From Actinomycetota bacterium (GTDB taxonomy: Bacteria; Actinomycetota; Coriobacteriia; Anaerosomatales; PHET01): a stretch of DNA of 64,000 nucleotides. The notes below the pieces were generated by a model that searched no databases, was not told the origin of the DNA, and saw only the letters and a list, made by a program, of their open reading frames with translations. Below, in pieces: positions 32,030 through 42,369 of this stretch (its first letter is position 1; each line of letters begins with the position of its first letter). Location of the stretch: the NCBI GenBank assembly GCA_037445775.1, contig JBBIJX010000003.1:3315-67314 (forward strand), written 5' to 3'. The position numbers and the translations under genes were made by a program.

Positions 32030-33844
32030 TTACTCCAGATAGTCACGCAGCCTGCTGGACCGGCTCGGATGCCGCAGCTTGCACAGCGTCTTCGATTCTA
32101 TCTGGCGGATGCGCTCACGCGTCACGCCGAACTCGCGACCGACCTCCTCGAGCGTGCGTGGATGGCCATCGACGAGACCGAACCTGAGCTCGATCACCTT
32201 GCGCTCGCGCTCAGACAGACCGTCGAGCACCCTCCCTAGCTGTTCCTGCAGCATCGAGAAGCTCGCCGCATCCGGCGGAACGACCGCCTCTCCGTCCTCG
32301 ATGAAGTCACCGAGCTGGCTGTCCTCTTCCTCGCCGATAGGCGTCTCCAGGCTGACCGGTTCCTGGCTGATCTTCAGGATCTCGCGCACGCGATGCGCCG
32401 CTCGCTCGATCTCGCCATCCATCTCACGAATGCACGCCTCGGGGCGCGCACGGAACCAGCCCTCGCTCTCCTCAGACACGTAGATATCCGGCTCGGCGCC
32501 CTGAGCGCGCTGCCTGAGCGCGGCGATGGTGTCTTCAGCCTTCGGCTCGCGCTCGAGCTCCTTCACGAGCTTCTTGTTGACTGCGACGCGCACCTTGACG
32601 AGCCGGTCGAGCTCCCGCGTGATCGCAGCGATGTCGTCAGTCACCCCGTCGACCGGGTCCGGAGTCAATGAGTGCCTGATCCAGTAGACGGCCCGCATAT
32701 CCTCGGAGACGAGCTCCATCTTGACCGCGATCTCCTCAGGGAACGGCTCGCGGCCGAGCTCCTGCAGCAACTGACGCTGGATGCGGATGAGCTTGTTGAT
32801 GGTCTCGACCATGTGCACCGGAATGCGGATCGTCCGGGCCTGATCCGCGATGGCACGCGTGATCGCCTGACGGATCCACCAGGTGGCGTACGTCGAGAAC
32901 TTGAAACCCTTCACGTAGTCGAACTTCTCGACCGCACGTATCAGACCGAGGTTGCCTTCCTGGATGAGGTCGAGGAAGAGCATGCCACGGCCTACGTAGC
33001 GCTTCGCGATGGACACGACGAGTCTCAGATTCGCCTCAACCAGCTGTTGCTTGGCGTCTATGCCAACCTGCTCGATGCGGCGAAGCCGTCGCTGCTCGGC
33101 GCGATCGAGTTCATAGCCCTTGTCCGCGGCGTCCTCAAGACGAGCCGCGGCCTCAAGGCCCGCCTCGATCTTCATTGCGTAGTCCACCTCTTGGGCCGCC
33201 GTGAGGAGCGGCACCTTGCCGATCTCCTTCAAGTACATCCTGACCGGGTCGCCGGTGAGAGGTGCGACGGCCGCCGCATCTGACGCGCGCTTCTTGGGCT
33301 TCTTCTTGCCCTTGGGAGCGACAGGTTTCGGCAGCTCGGCCTCGGCCGCCACCACATCCGCGATCTCGCTGTCTTCCTCATCCAAATCGTCGCGCGTGCT
33401 GGGCACGTCGGTCTCGACCTCCGCCACGACGTCAGCGACCGCGTCAGGGTCCAGCACGTGTGAGGGGTCCTCAACGATCTCGATACCGCTCACCTTGAAC
33501 TGGGCGTAGATCCTGTCGAACTGCTCATCCTCGAGTCCCGCGTCCACAAGTGCCTGTTGGACGTCGTCGTCGGTGATGCTGCCGTGGTCGGCGCCCTTCC
33601 TGAAGATCGCCTGCACCTGCGGCAGCAAGAACTCCGGATCAGACGGAAGCGCGGGCGTCACCGCACCCGTGCGCTCAGCCGGTGCAGCCTTCTTCGGCGC
33701 AGGAGTGCGCGCGGCCTTCACTGGCGCCGCCTTCACTGGCGCCGCCTTCACCTGCGCCGTCTTCGGCGGTGCGGATTTGGCGGCTTTGTCCGCCTCTGGC
33801 GAACTCTTCTTCCTGGATGCGCCCGATCTTGGGTTCGTTGCCAC
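32030..33844 (-). CDS. rpoD: Primary RNA polymerase sigma factor (sigma-70/SigA family) with Lys/Ala/Pro-rich N-terminus and an insertion in region 3
   Basis: Regions 1.2 ([11 protein letters not shown]), 2 ([41 protein letters not shown]), 3 ([14 protein letters not shown]) and 4 ([30 protein letters not shown]). Sits directly downstream of dnaG. Confidence 0.92.
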   Translation of the reverse strand: MATNPRSGASRKKSSPEADKAAKSAPPKTAQVKAAPVKAAPVKAARTPAPKKAAPAERTGAVTPALPSDPEFLLPQVQAIFRKGADHGSITDDDVQQALVDAGLEDEQFDRIYAQFKVSGIEIVEDPSHVLDPDAVADVVAEVETDVPSTRDDLDEEDSEIADVVAAEAELPKPVAPKGKKKPKKRASDAAAVAPLTGDPVRMYLKEIGKVPLLTAAQEVDYAMKIEAGLEAAARLEDAADKGYELDRAEQRRLRRIEQVGIDAKQQLVEANLRLVVSIAKRYVGRGMLFLDLIQEGNLGLIRAVEKFDYVKGFKFSTYATWWIRQAITRAIADQARTIRIPVHMVETINKLIRIQRQLLQELGREPFPEEIAVKMELVSEDMRAVYWIRHSLTPDPVDGVTDDIAAITRELDRLVKVRVAVNKKLVKELEREPKAEDTIAALRQRAQGAEPDIYVSEESEGWFRARPEACIREMDGEIERAAHRVREILKISQEPVSLETPIGEEEDSQLGDFIEDGEAVVPPDAASFSMLQEQLGRVLDGLSERERKVIELRFGLVDGHPRTLEEVGREFGVTRERIRQIESKTLCKLRHPSRSSRLRDYLE

Positions 33845-33872
33845 GCTTCTCCTTGTGCTCTGCGTCAGGGTG

Positions 33873-35723
33873 CTAGCGGAGCGGACTGCGCCGCACAGCG
33901 TCGAGTTCGCGCTGCAGCTCCGCTACATCCTTCAGTATCTCGTCAGATAACGTTCTGTCCTTGACTGCTGCCGGCGATTTCAGCCGCGCCCTCCCGACGG
34001 CTATTCGCCGCTCGATGTCGAACTCCTTGAGCCTCATCACGCAGCCACTTACGAGTTCGCCCGCTACTTCTTCCCCTTGTGCGGTCAATGTCGCACCAGA
34101 CAGCACGCGACCGGCGCCGGGGACCTTCTCCTCCATCCTGCCCACAAGAGTCGCGGCGCGCTCGCCTGCAGGTGCGCCGGCGATCACCTCGACCATTGCC
34201 CGGTAGGAAGGGTCGGACAAGACGGTCTCAGCAAGCAACTCCTGTGCCCGGGGGCGCAGCGCGGGCCACTCAAGCAGTAGCGCGATGAGGTCTCTCGCGG
34301 TCTTGAGCTCGATGCTCATCGGATCGACAAGACCGCCGCCTGCCGCGGATGCCCCGGCAGCGTCACCCGACGGAACGGCGAGGTCGTCTGCCCGTTCGGG
34401 GCCCGGCGGCCGTGCCTTCGCGCGCGAAATCGCGTGCTTCACCGTCGCGTAGTCGGCAAACAGGCGGTCGGCGATGTGGTTCGCGTAGTCGTCCGCGAGC
34501 AACGACTCCTTGATGGGAGCCAGTACCGCGGCCGCGTCAGCGAGCGCTCGCGCACGTTCCTCCGGGCGCTCGAGGTCCCAGCGCGCGAGACGGCGGTCTA
34601 TCGCGAACTCAAGGAGCGGCTGTGCGCTGTGTACGACGTCTTGGATGGCGGCCGGCCCGCGCGTCGCGACCGCGTCTGCGGGATCGGCACCTTCGGGGAG
34701 CACGGCCACGAGAAGCTCGACGCGGGCGCTCCCGGCCTCGGGGGTCACGGACCGGTCGACGAACTCGACCGCCCTTTCCGCCGCGCGCATACCCGCCTCA
34801 TCGCCGTCGAACACGTAGACGATCCGTCGCGCGAAGCGGCCGAGCAGCCTCACATGCTGCTGGGTGAGTGCGGTGCCGAGCGTAGCCACCACATTGTTGA
34901 TCCCCGCCTCGTGCAGCGCGATGACGTCGGTGTAGCCCTCGACCACGAGCGCCGTCCCGCTCGCCGTGATGGGGCCTTTCGCGCGGTCGATGGCGTAGAG
35001 GTTCGCGGACTTGCGGAAAACCGGAGTGTCGTTGGTGTTGAGGTACTTCGGTTCGCCGGAACCCACCACGCGTCCGCCGAAGCCGACCACGCGGCCTTGG
35101 ACGTCGCGGATGGGGAACATGATGCGTTCGTAGAACCGGTCCTTCATCTGCCCGGAGTCGCTCCGGAGCGCGACGTTGGCGCCCACCATCTCGTCGTGCG
35201 TGAACCCCGCCTTCGTAAGATGGGCGCAGAGCGCGCCTCGCCCCGGCGCGTATCCGAGGTCCCAGGAGTTCGCGACCGCCGTGCCGAAGCCACGCCCGGC
35301 GAGGTAGTCCCGCGCGCGACCGGCTCCCGCGTCACGTGAGCCGGTCAACGTGCGATGGAAGAATGCGGCGCTCTCAGCTAGGGCAGCGTACAGCCGTTCC
35401 TTGGTGCCTCGCGGCACGCCTCCCTCACTCTCATGCAGTTCGATGTGCGCACGATCGGCGAGCAGCCGAACCGCATCGGGGAAGTCGAGGCTCTCGGAGC
35501 GCATCAGGAAGCCGAACGCGTCGCCGCCCGCACCGCATCCGAAGCAGTGCCAGAGCTGCGTCGCGGGGTCGATCTTGAAGCTCGGCGTCTTCTCTCCGTG
35601 GAACGGGCAGTTCCCCCAGAATAGACGCCCCTTCTGCCGCAGAACGACGCGCTCGGAGACTAGGGCCACGAGGTCAGTGGCGTCGCGTACGCGCGCGATG
35701 TCCTCATCCGTTATTCGACCCAC
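33873..35723 (-). CDS. dnaG: DNA primase
   Basis: [15 protein letters not shown]...[11 protein letters not shown] zinc ribbon and the TOPRIM region [16 protein letters not shown] start preceded by GGGAGGAGG. Confidence 0.92.
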   Translation of the reverse strand: MGRITDEDIARVRDATDLVALVSERVVLRQKGRLFWGNCPFHGEKTPSFKIDPATQLWHCFGCGAGGDAFGFLMRSESLDFPDAVRLLADRAHIELHESEGGVPRGTKERLYAALAESAAFFHRTLTGSRDAGAGRARDYLAGRGFGTAVANSWDLGYAPGRGALCAHLTKAGFTHDEMVGANVALRSDSGQMKDRFYERIMFPIRDVQGRVVGFGGRVVGSGEPKYLNTNDTPVFRKSANLYAIDRAKGPITASGTALVVEGYTDVIALHEAGINNVVATLGTALTQQHVRLLGRFARRIVYVFDGDEAGMRAAERAVEFVDRSVTPEAGSARVELLVAVLPEGADPADAVATRGPAAIQDVVHSAQPLLEFAIDRRLARWDLERPEERARALADAAAVLAPIKESLLADDYANHIADRLFADYATVKHAISRAKARPPGPERADDLAVPSGDAAGASAAGGGLVDPMSIELKTARDLIALLLEWPALRPRAQELLAETVLSDPSYRAMVEVIAGAPAGERAATLVGRMEEKVPGAGRVLSGATLTAQGEEVAGELVSGCVMRLKEFDIERRIAVGRARLKSPAAVKDRTLSDEILKDVAELQRELDAVRRSPLR

Positions 35724-35762
35724 ATGACCTCCTCCCGTGGATACCTACCCGCTGAGACACCT

Positions 35763-35795
35763 GTGCTCCCGAGGGCGCTTCGCCCCCGGGAGCAC
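35763..35795 (-). terminator. Hairpin downstream of hppA (terminator candidate, no clear U-tract)
   Basis: GTGCTCCCG...CGGGAGCAC outer stem with GGGCG/CGCCC inner stem, about 40 nt after the hppA stop. Confidence 0.35.
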
Positions 35796-35833
35796 CGGGT
35801 CACAACGACGCTATGAGCCGATGGTGCTAAGTA

Positions 35834-38002
35834 CTAGCCGCCGTGAACCTTGAGGAACAGCGGCGCGAACACGAGCGACACGACCGTCATGAGCTTGATG
35901 AGGATGTTCATCGCTGGACCCGAGGTGTCCTTGAACGGGTCGCCGACAGTATCACCAACCACTGCGGCCTTGTGCGCCTCGGAACCCTTGCCGCCGAACT
36001 TGCCGCTTTCGATGTACTTCTTGGCGTTGTCCCACGCACCTCCCGCGTTCGCCATCATGATCGCGAGCAGGAAGCCGGAGACGACGGCGCCCGCGAGGAA
36101 CCCGCCCAGGATCTCGAGGTTCACCACGCCGAGCGTGATAGGAACCAGCACGGCGAGCACGCCGGGAACCACCATCTCCTTCAGAGCGCCCTTTGTGGCG
36201 ATGTCCACACACGCGGCGTAGTCGGCGCGCGCGCCTTCCTCACCCGCGAGCAGGCCCGGGATCTCCTTGAACTGGCGACGTACCTCACCAATCATGGCGA
36301 ACGCGGCACGACCCACGGCGTTCATCGTGAGCGCACCGAACAGGTACGGAAGCATCGCGCCGATGAACAGGCCTACGACGATGTAGGGATTCTCAAGCGA
36401 CAGGTTCAACTTGATCCCGCCGGCCGCAATGGTAGTACGGAACGCCGTGAACAGCGCGAGCGCCGTCAGGCCGGCCGAGCCGATCGCGAAGCCCTTGGCG
36501 ATCGCGGCCGTGGTGTTGCCCACCGAATCAAGGCCGTCGGTGATCTTGCGGATACCTGGGTCCATGTGCGCCATCTCTGCGATGCCGCCGGCGTTGTCGG
36601 CCACGGGACCGTATGCGTCGACGCCCACCGTGATTGCCGTGATCGACAACATGCCGAGCGCGGCTAGCGCGATACCGTAGATGCCCGAAGTGTCCGACCA
36701 GGGCACCGCGAGGTTACCCATCGTATACGCGCCCCAGATGCCGACCCCCACGACGAGGATCGGACCCACCGTCGAGATCATCCCGACACCGAGGCCGGAG
36801 ATGATGTTCGTCGCAGGACCGGTCTGACTGGCGTCGGCGATGCCCTTGACTGGCTTGAAATGGTCCGAGCAGTAGTATTCGGTGAGCTGGCCGATCGCGA
36901 TACCAGCCACAAGACCGATCACGACGGAGCCGAAGTACCACATACGGCTCATGTCACCCACCGAGTCGCCCCACCACCAGAAGAGCGCGGCCATCGCGCC
37001 GACCTCGAGAACAGCCGCGACGTAGGTCCCGGTGTTTAGCGCGGTGTGCAGGTTGGAGCCTTCCTTCGCACGGACCGCGAACAGGCCGATGATCGACATG
37101 AGGATACCGGCGGCCGCGATCAGTAGCGGCATGGTGATACCGAAGCTGAGGTCCATCGGAGCGACTGAGACGATGTCCTGCAGCACGAAGACGGTCTCGT
37201 CGATACTGAGCGCCTGAAGCCGCTCGATGGTGAGCCCGCCCCACAGCGCGAGAGCCAGCACGATGGGAGCGAGCATCGAGCCCACGTAGCTCTCGAAGAG
37301 GTCCGCGCCCATGCCCGCGACGTCGCCTACGTTGTCGCCCACGTTGTCGGCGATGACCGCCGGGTTACGCGGATCGTCCTCGGGGATGCCCGCCTCAACC
37401 TTGCCCACGAGGTCCGCGCCAACGTCGGCGGCCTTGGTGTAGATGCCGCCGCCGACACGTGCGAACAACGCGATCGAACTCGCGCCAAGTGCGAAACCGT
37501 TGACGATCGCCTGGTCGGCGATCGGGTTGTCACCGGTGATGATGAAGACGATCGCCCAGATCGAAAGGCCGAAAAGGCCGAACGAGGCCACGGTGAGGCC
37601 CATCGTCAGACCCGAACGGAACGCGACGTTGAGCGCGCTCGCTACGCCTACGGTGGCAGCCTGCGCGGTCCGCGCGTTGGCACGGGTCGCGACGAACATG
37701 CCCACAAAGCCGGCGGTCGCAGACAGGAGACCTCCCGTCAGGAACGCGACGCCCGTAAGCAGGCCCTCGGTCGTTGAGGTGCCCGTGAACGTGAGCAGTG
37801 CGAACACGACGATGGCGAAGATGATCAGCACACGCCACTCCGCCTTGAGGAACGCCATGGCGCCCTCCTGCGTGGCCTTCGAGATGTCTTGCATCTTCTG
37901 GTTGCCGGGGTCCTGCTTGAGGACCCATCTGCCCAGAAACGCGGCGACAACGAGGCCGACGGCCGCGCACATCGGCGCGAGCCAGGCTACTGCCCCAGTC
38001 AT
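35834..38002 (-). CDS. hppA: Membrane-integral ion-translocating pyrophosphatase, K+-dependent subfamily signature
   Basis: [40 protein letters not shown], and [16 protein letters not shown] (Ala rather than Lys at the K+-dependence position). Start at ATG 38002. Confidence 0.92.
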   Translation of the reverse strand: MTGAVAWLAPMCAAVGLVVAAFLGRWVLKQDPGNQKMQDISKATQEGAMAFLKAEWRVLIIFAIVVFALLTFTGTSTTEGLLTGVAFLTGGLLSATAGFVGMFVATRANARTAQAATVGVASALNVAFRSGLTMGLTVASFGLFGLSIWAIVFIITGDNPIADQAIVNGFALGASSIALFARVGGGIYTKAADVGADLVGKVEAGIPEDDPRNPAVIADNVGDNVGDVAGMGADLFESYVGSMLAPIVLALALWGGLTIERLQALSIDETVFVLQDIVSVAPMDLSFGITMPLLIAAAGILMSIIGLFAVRAKEGSNLHTALNTGTYVAAVLEVGAMAALFWWWGDSVGDMSRMWYFGSVVIGLVAGIAIGQLTEYYCSDHFKPVKGIADASQTGPATNIISGLGVGMISTVGPILVVGVGIWGAYTMGNLAVPWSDTSGIYGIALAALGMLSITAITVGVDAYGPVADNAGGIAEMAHMDPGIRKITDGLDSVGNTTAAIAKGFAIGSAGLTALALFTAFRTTIAAGGIKLNLSLENPYIVVGLFIGAMLPYLFGALTMNAVGRAAFAMIGEVRRQFKEIPGLLAGEEGARADYAACVDIATKGALKEMVVPGVLAVLVPITLGVVNLEILGGFLAGAVVSGFLLAIMMANAGGAWDNAKKYIESGKFGGKGSEAHKAAVVGDTVGDPFKDTSGPAMNILIKLMTVVSLVFAPLFLKVHGG

Positions 38003-38129
38003 GCACACTCTCCCTTCGTAAGAACACGACGATCCAGTGCCGCAGACGTGCGGCACTCGGACACTTGCGGATGAGAGACCCCCTCGTGCGGACTCTCGGC
38101 GCATAAGTATCGCACAGGAAACATGCCTG

Positions 38130-39164
38130 TCATACCAACCACTTCTTGGGTATGAAGAGGCGTTCGAACTCCCTGATCGCGTAGCGGTCGGTCATGCCGG
38201 CGACGTAGTCTACGACCCGCTGGACGAGTTCGTCCGCCGAGTCCGGCCTGTGCTCCTCCGGCAGCTGCTCTGGACTCTCGAGGTAGTGCTCGAAGAGCAT
38301 CTGGACGACACGGGCGGCGCGCGGCTCCTCGCTCTTCGCCCGGCGCGACAGATACACGTTGTCGAACAGGAACGTCCGCAACCCCATCATCGCCTCCCAC
38401 ACCGCGGGCGACATCCTGATCCGGTCTCCCTTCGACGAAGTGTCGATGAGGTCGGTCACCATCGTCGTGATGCGTGCGGCGTGGTGGATGCCGAGCACTA
38501 CGATGGGCTCTGGCGGCAGGTCCGCCTCTTCGAGCACGCCCGCCCGGATCGCGTCGTCGATGTCGTGGTTCACGTAGGCGACGCGGTCACACACGCGCAC
38601 GATCTGTCCCTCGAGGGTCGCGGGCACGTGCCCGCCGGTGTGGCCCAAGATGCCGTCACGGACCTCCCAGGTCAGGTTGAGCCCCTTGCCGTCGTACTCC
38701 AGACGCTCGACGATCCGCAGCGACTGGCGGTTGTGCTCGTAAGAGGCGGGTGCGCCGGGATGGCGGGGGCCCACCTCCCTGAGCACCTCATCGAGCGCCT
38801 GTTCGCCGGTGTGGCCAAAGGGCGTATGCCCGAGGTCATGGCCGAGCGCGATTGCTTCGGTGAGGTCCTCGTTCAATCCGAGCGCACGAGCAACGGAGCG
38901 CGAGATCTGCGCGACCTCGAGCGTATGCGTGAGACGGGTGCGGTAGTGGTCGCCCTCCGGGGCGAGGAAGACCTGCGTCTTGTGCGAGAGCCGCCGGAAC
39001 GCCTTGCAGTGGATGATGCGGTCGCGGTCGCGCTGGAAGCCAGTCCGGTAGGGATCGTGAGCTACCGAGCGTTCGCGGCCGCGGGACGCATCGGCGAACG
39101 CCGCCCGCTCCGACAGCGTCCGGTGCTCGGCCGCCTCGATATCTTCACGCCTCCGTACGCTCAC
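38130..39164 (-). CDS. dgt: dGTPase-like HD-domain triphosphohydrolase
   Basis: FQRDRDRIIHCKAFRRLSHKTQVF, HYRTRLTHTLEVAQISR and LGHDLGHTPFGH. GTG start at 39164 forms a GTGA overlap with the upstream small ORF. The track start at 39524 is in the wrong context. Confidence 0.85.
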   Translation of the reverse strand: MSVRRREDIEAAEHRTLSERAAFADASRGRERSVAHDPYRTGFQRDRDRIIHCKAFRRLSHKTQVFLAPEGDHYRTRLTHTLEVAQISRSVARALGLNEDLTEAIALGHDLGHTPFGHTGEQALDEVLREVGPRHPGAPASYEHNRQSLRIVERLEYDGKGLNLTWEVRDGILGHTGGHVPATLEGQIVRVCDRVAYVNHDIDDAIRAGVLEEADLPPEPIVVLGIHHAARITTMVTDLIDTSSKGDRIRMSPAVWEAMMGLRTFLFDNVYLSRRAKSEEPRAARVVQMLFEHYLESPEQLPEEHRPDSADELVQRVVDYVAGMTDRYAIREFERLFIPKKWLV

Positions 39165-39502
39165 AGACGACCCCACGACCACATGAGCCCGGCGGCGACC
39201 AGAGCGCCGAGAACGCCGCCCAGAAGCCACGGCCGTGAGATGCGCAACGTGCGGCTGATCCACGTGCCGAGCGCCGTCGGGACGATTGCCAGCTGGGCGC
39301 ACGCGAGGGCGCTGCCGGCGATCGTCGTCAGCGCGCGTGTGAGCGGTTCGGGAGGCGGTGACACGATCGCGTCCACTGCCATATACAATGCGAGCGCGAG
39401 ACCCATCGCCCCGAGCCAGTCCTGCCAGAACTGATGCTCGGTGCGCGAACGGCCCTGGATGATCGGCGAACCGGCCTGCTGCCAGAGCTTCGTCCCTCGC
39501 AC
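39161..39502 (-). CDS. Hypothetical small membrane protein, translationally coupled to dgt
   Basis: Frame of track ORF 39161..39595. GTG 39502 is preceded by GAGGGGAGG. Two to three hydrophobic helices (AMGLALALYMAVDAIV, LLGGVLGALVAAGLMW). Confidence 0.5.
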   Translation of the reverse strand: MRGTKLWQQAGSPIIQGRSRTEHQFWQDWLGAMGLALALYMAVDAIVSPPPEPLTRALTTIAGSALACAQLAIVPTALGTWISRTLRISRPWLLGGVLGALVAAGLMWSWGRL

Positions 39503-39523
39503 GCACGCCTCCCCTCGCACGCA

Positions 39524-39551
39524 CAAGACCCGGTCAGTTGACCGGGTCTTG
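39524..39551 (-). terminator. Perfect hairpin just after ppdK stop
   Basis: CAAGACCCGGTC-AGTT-GACCGGGTCTTG, a 12-bp stem 10 nt downstream of the ppdK stop. The trailing sequence TGCGTG is only weakly U-rich. Confidence 0.45.
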
Positions 39552-39560
39552 GATCGAGCG

Positions 39561-42287
39561 CTAGCGGTTGTCCGATCCCGCGCCCTGCCGGGCAAGCGCG
39601 GCCTGCGCAGCCGCGAGCCGCGCGAGCGGTACGCGGTACGGCGAGCAGCTCACGTAGTCGAGCCCGATGTCGTAGAACGTGTGTACTGATTCCGGATCGC
39701 CGCCGTGCTCCCCGCAAACGCCGAGTTTGATGCCGGAGTTGACGCTGCGGCCCTTCTCGCATCCCATCCGCACGAGCGCGGCGACGCCCTCGTCGATGGT
39801 CTCGAACGGGTTGCGTGACAGCACCTTGCGCTCGAGGTACCGCGGCAGGAACTTGCTCTCGATGTCATCGCGGCTGAAACCGAACGTCGTCTGCGTGAGG
39901 TCGTTCGTTCCGAAGCTGAAGAACTCCGCCACCTGCCCGATCTCATCTGCCGTGACCGCTGCGCGAGGCAGCTCGATCATCGTACCGATCGCGATATCGA
40001 CGGTGTTGCCACACTCGGCGGCCACGTCGGCGATGACCTTCTCGCACTCGGCGCGCAGTATGTCGAGTTCCGCCTTGACGCTGACGAGCGGAATCATGAC
40101 CTCGGGGCGCGGATCCTTGCCACGGGCCTTGAGCTGGCACGCCGCCATCGTGATCGCCCGCACCTGCATCGCGTAGAGCTCGGGGAACATGATGCCCAGA
40201 CGGCAGCCGCGCAGGCCTAGCATCGGGTTCATCTCGACCATCGAGTCGATCTGCGCGAGCAGCCTGCGCTTCGCGACGAGGGTCTCGGGCGCCGCGCCGG
40301 CGGCCTCCGCACGTACGATCTCCACCTCGAGCTCGCGAGGCGAGTCAAGGAACTCGTGCAACGGCGGGTCGAGCAGGCGCACCGTGACCGGCAGCCCGTC
40401 CATCGCCTCGAAGATGCCAAGGAAGTCGCCTACCTGGGCCTCGAGAAGCTCGCCGAGCGCCAGCTCGCGCGCGCCGTCGCCTTCCTCGGCGAGAATGAAG
40501 CGCTGCAATATGTCCTTGCGCTCGCCTAGGAACATGTGTTCCGTGCGGCACAGACCGATGCCGGCAGCCCCGAACTTCCGGCCCAGAGCCGCGTCGTCGG
40601 GCGTGTCCGCGTTCGCCCGGACTCCCGTGGTCCGGTATTCGTCGGCCCACGAGAGGATCGTGTCGAAGTCGCCGGTCACCTCGGGCTGGACGAGCGGCAC
40701 GGCACCGAGGACCAAGCTGCCTGTCGTGCCGTCGATTGAGATGATGTCGCCCTCACGCAGCACCACGTCGCTGCCCGCGATCGTCGCTTCCCGCGCTTCC
40801 GCGTTGATCTTGAGCTTCTCGACGCCGCAGACGCACGGCTTGCCCATGCCGCGCGCGACGACCGCTGCGTGGCTGGTCTTGCCGCCGTGACTCGTCAGGA
40901 TGCCCTGCGCCGCGTCCATCCCCGGCAGGTCGTCGGGGTTCGTCTCCCAGCGCACGAGGATGGCTCTTCGGCCGGCGGCCTTGGCGGCCACGGCGTCGGC
41001 GCTTGAGAAGACGACCTCGCCCACCGCGGCACCCGGACTCGCGTTCAGACCCGTCGCCACGACCTCGAACGTCGCCGACAGGTCGAACTGCGGGTGCAGC
41101 AGCTGGTCGAGCTGCGCGGGGTCGACGCGCTGTACGGCCTCTTCGCGGGTGATGAGGCCTTCCGACACCATGTCGATCGCGATCTTGAGCGCGGCGCGCG
41201 CCGTGCGCTTGCCCACCCGGGTCTGCAGCATCCAAAGCCTACCCTGCTCGATCGTGAACTCGATGTCACACATGTCGCGGTACTCACGCTCGAGCTTCGC
41301 GAAAACGTCGTCGAGCTCGGCACCGGCCGCCTCGAGGCCCGGCACCTTCTTCAGGTCCGAAATGGGCTCAGTAAGCCGGATGCCGGCGACGACGTCCTCG
41401 CCCTGCGCATTCGTCAAGAAGTCGCCGTAGTACTCGTCCGTGCCGTCCGCCGGGTTGCGCGTGAAGCCCACACCGGTGGCCGATGTCTCGCCCTTGTTGC
41501 CGAACACCATCGCCTGAACGTTGACGGCGGTGCCCAGATCGTCCGCTATCCGCTCCATCTTGCGGTAGTAGACGGCTCGCTCGTTCATCCAACTCCTGAA
41601 GACCGCCTCGATGGCAAGACGCAGCTGGACCGACACGTCCTGTGGGAAGGTGACGTGACCGTCCACGGCGAGCTCGGGGTAGTCAGAAGCCGACACGTGC
41701 CGGGCGACGATGCCCTTGAAGACACCCACAAGCTCCTTCATGTCGGCGGCCGACAGGTCCGTGTCGTTCGCGGCGCCGCGCTCGTGCTTCATCTTCGTGA
41801 TGGCGTTCTCGAACAGGTCGCCTTCCGCGTCGAGCACGACCTTCGAGAACATCTGGATGAACCGGCGGTAGCTGTCCCATGCGAAGCGCTCGTTGCCGGT
41901 CTGTGCGATGAGGCCCTCAACGGAGCGGTCCGTGAGACCCAGGTTGAGCACCGTGTCCATCATGCCAGGCATCGAGAAGGGTGAGCCGGAGCGCACCGAC
42001 ACAAGTAGCGGGTCGCCCTCATCGCCCAGTCGCTTGCCCATCTTGGATTCGAGCCCCGCGACATGCTCGGTGATTTCGGCAGCGAGCCCTTCCGGAAACA
42101 CCGGCGGAGTCGCATTGTAGTACTCCATGCATGCCTGGCAGGTGATCGTGAAGCCGGGCGGGACCGGGAGTCCCATGTTCGCCATCTCCGCGAGATTCGC
42201 GCCCTTGCCGCCTAGGACGAACTTCATCGCTTTGTTGCCCTCAGTGGCTCCACCGCCGAAGGCGTACACGCGCTTGGTATCGGACAC
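39561..42287 (-). CDS. ppdK: Pyruvate, phosphate dikinase
   Basis: 908 aa with GGKGANLAEM, a central phosphohistidine domain (TSHAAVVARGMG) and a C-terminal PEP-utilising TIM barrel (GLCRTEHMF). Confidence 0.95.
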   Translation of the reverse strand: MSDTKRVYAFGGGATEGNKAMKFVLGGKGANLAEMANMGLPVPPGFTITCQACMEYYNATPPVFPEGLAAEITEHVAGLESKMGKRLGDEGDPLLVSVRSGSPFSMPGMMDTVLNLGLTDRSVEGLIAQTGNERFAWDSYRRFIQMFSKVVLDAEGDLFENAITKMKHERGAANDTDLSAADMKELVGVFKGIVARHVSASDYPELAVDGHVTFPQDVSVQLRLAIEAVFRSWMNERAVYYRKMERIADDLGTAVNVQAMVFGNKGETSATGVGFTRNPADGTDEYYGDFLTNAQGEDVVAGIRLTEPISDLKKVPGLEAAGAELDDVFAKLEREYRDMCDIEFTIEQGRLWMLQTRVGKRTARAALKIAIDMVSEGLITREEAVQRVDPAQLDQLLHPQFDLSATFEVVATGLNASPGAAVGEVVFSSADAVAAKAAGRRAILVRWETNPDDLPGMDAAQGILTSHGGKTSHAAVVARGMGKPCVCGVEKLKINAEAREATIAGSDVVLREGDIISIDGTTGSLVLGAVPLVQPEVTGDFDTILSWADEYRTTGVRANADTPDDAALGRKFGAAGIGLCRTEHMFLGERKDILQRFILAEEGDGARELALGELLEAQVGDFLGIFEAMDGLPVTVRLLDPPLHEFLDSPRELEVEIVRAEAAGAAPETLVAKRRLLAQIDSMVEMNPMLGLRGCRLGIMFPELYAMQVRAITMAACQLKARGKDPRPEVMIPLVSVKAELDILRAECEKVIADVAAECGNTVDIAIGTMIELPRAAVTADEIGQVAEFFSFGTNDLTQTTFGFSRDDIESKFLPRYLERKVLSRNPFETIDEGVAALVRMGCEKGRSVNSGIKLGVCGEHGGDPESVHTFYDIGLDYVSCSPYRVPLARLAAAQAALARQGAGSDNR

Positions 42288-42369
42288 CTTGGATCTCCCT
42301 CATGTCTACCGGGGGCCAGCGTGCAACGCATTCTACCGCAGAGACAGTCATGCGCACGCGCGCGCGATG

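Noticed and set aside
32393-32710. Intein or mobile insertion as the explanation for the RpoD insertion
   Set aside because: There is no Cys/Ser/Thr at the N-terminal junction, no His-Asn at the C-terminal junction, and no homing-endonuclease motifs. GC content and codon usage look like the flanking gene. I treat it as a lineage-specific protein insertion.
42330-42335. TAGAAT (minus strand) as a -10 for a ppdK-specific promoter
   Set aside because: The hexamer is good and well placed, ~43 nt upstream of the GTG start. No acceptable -35 lies at 16-18 nt, and ppdK may simply be co-transcribed with the PDRP gene. The evidence is too weak to list as a feature.
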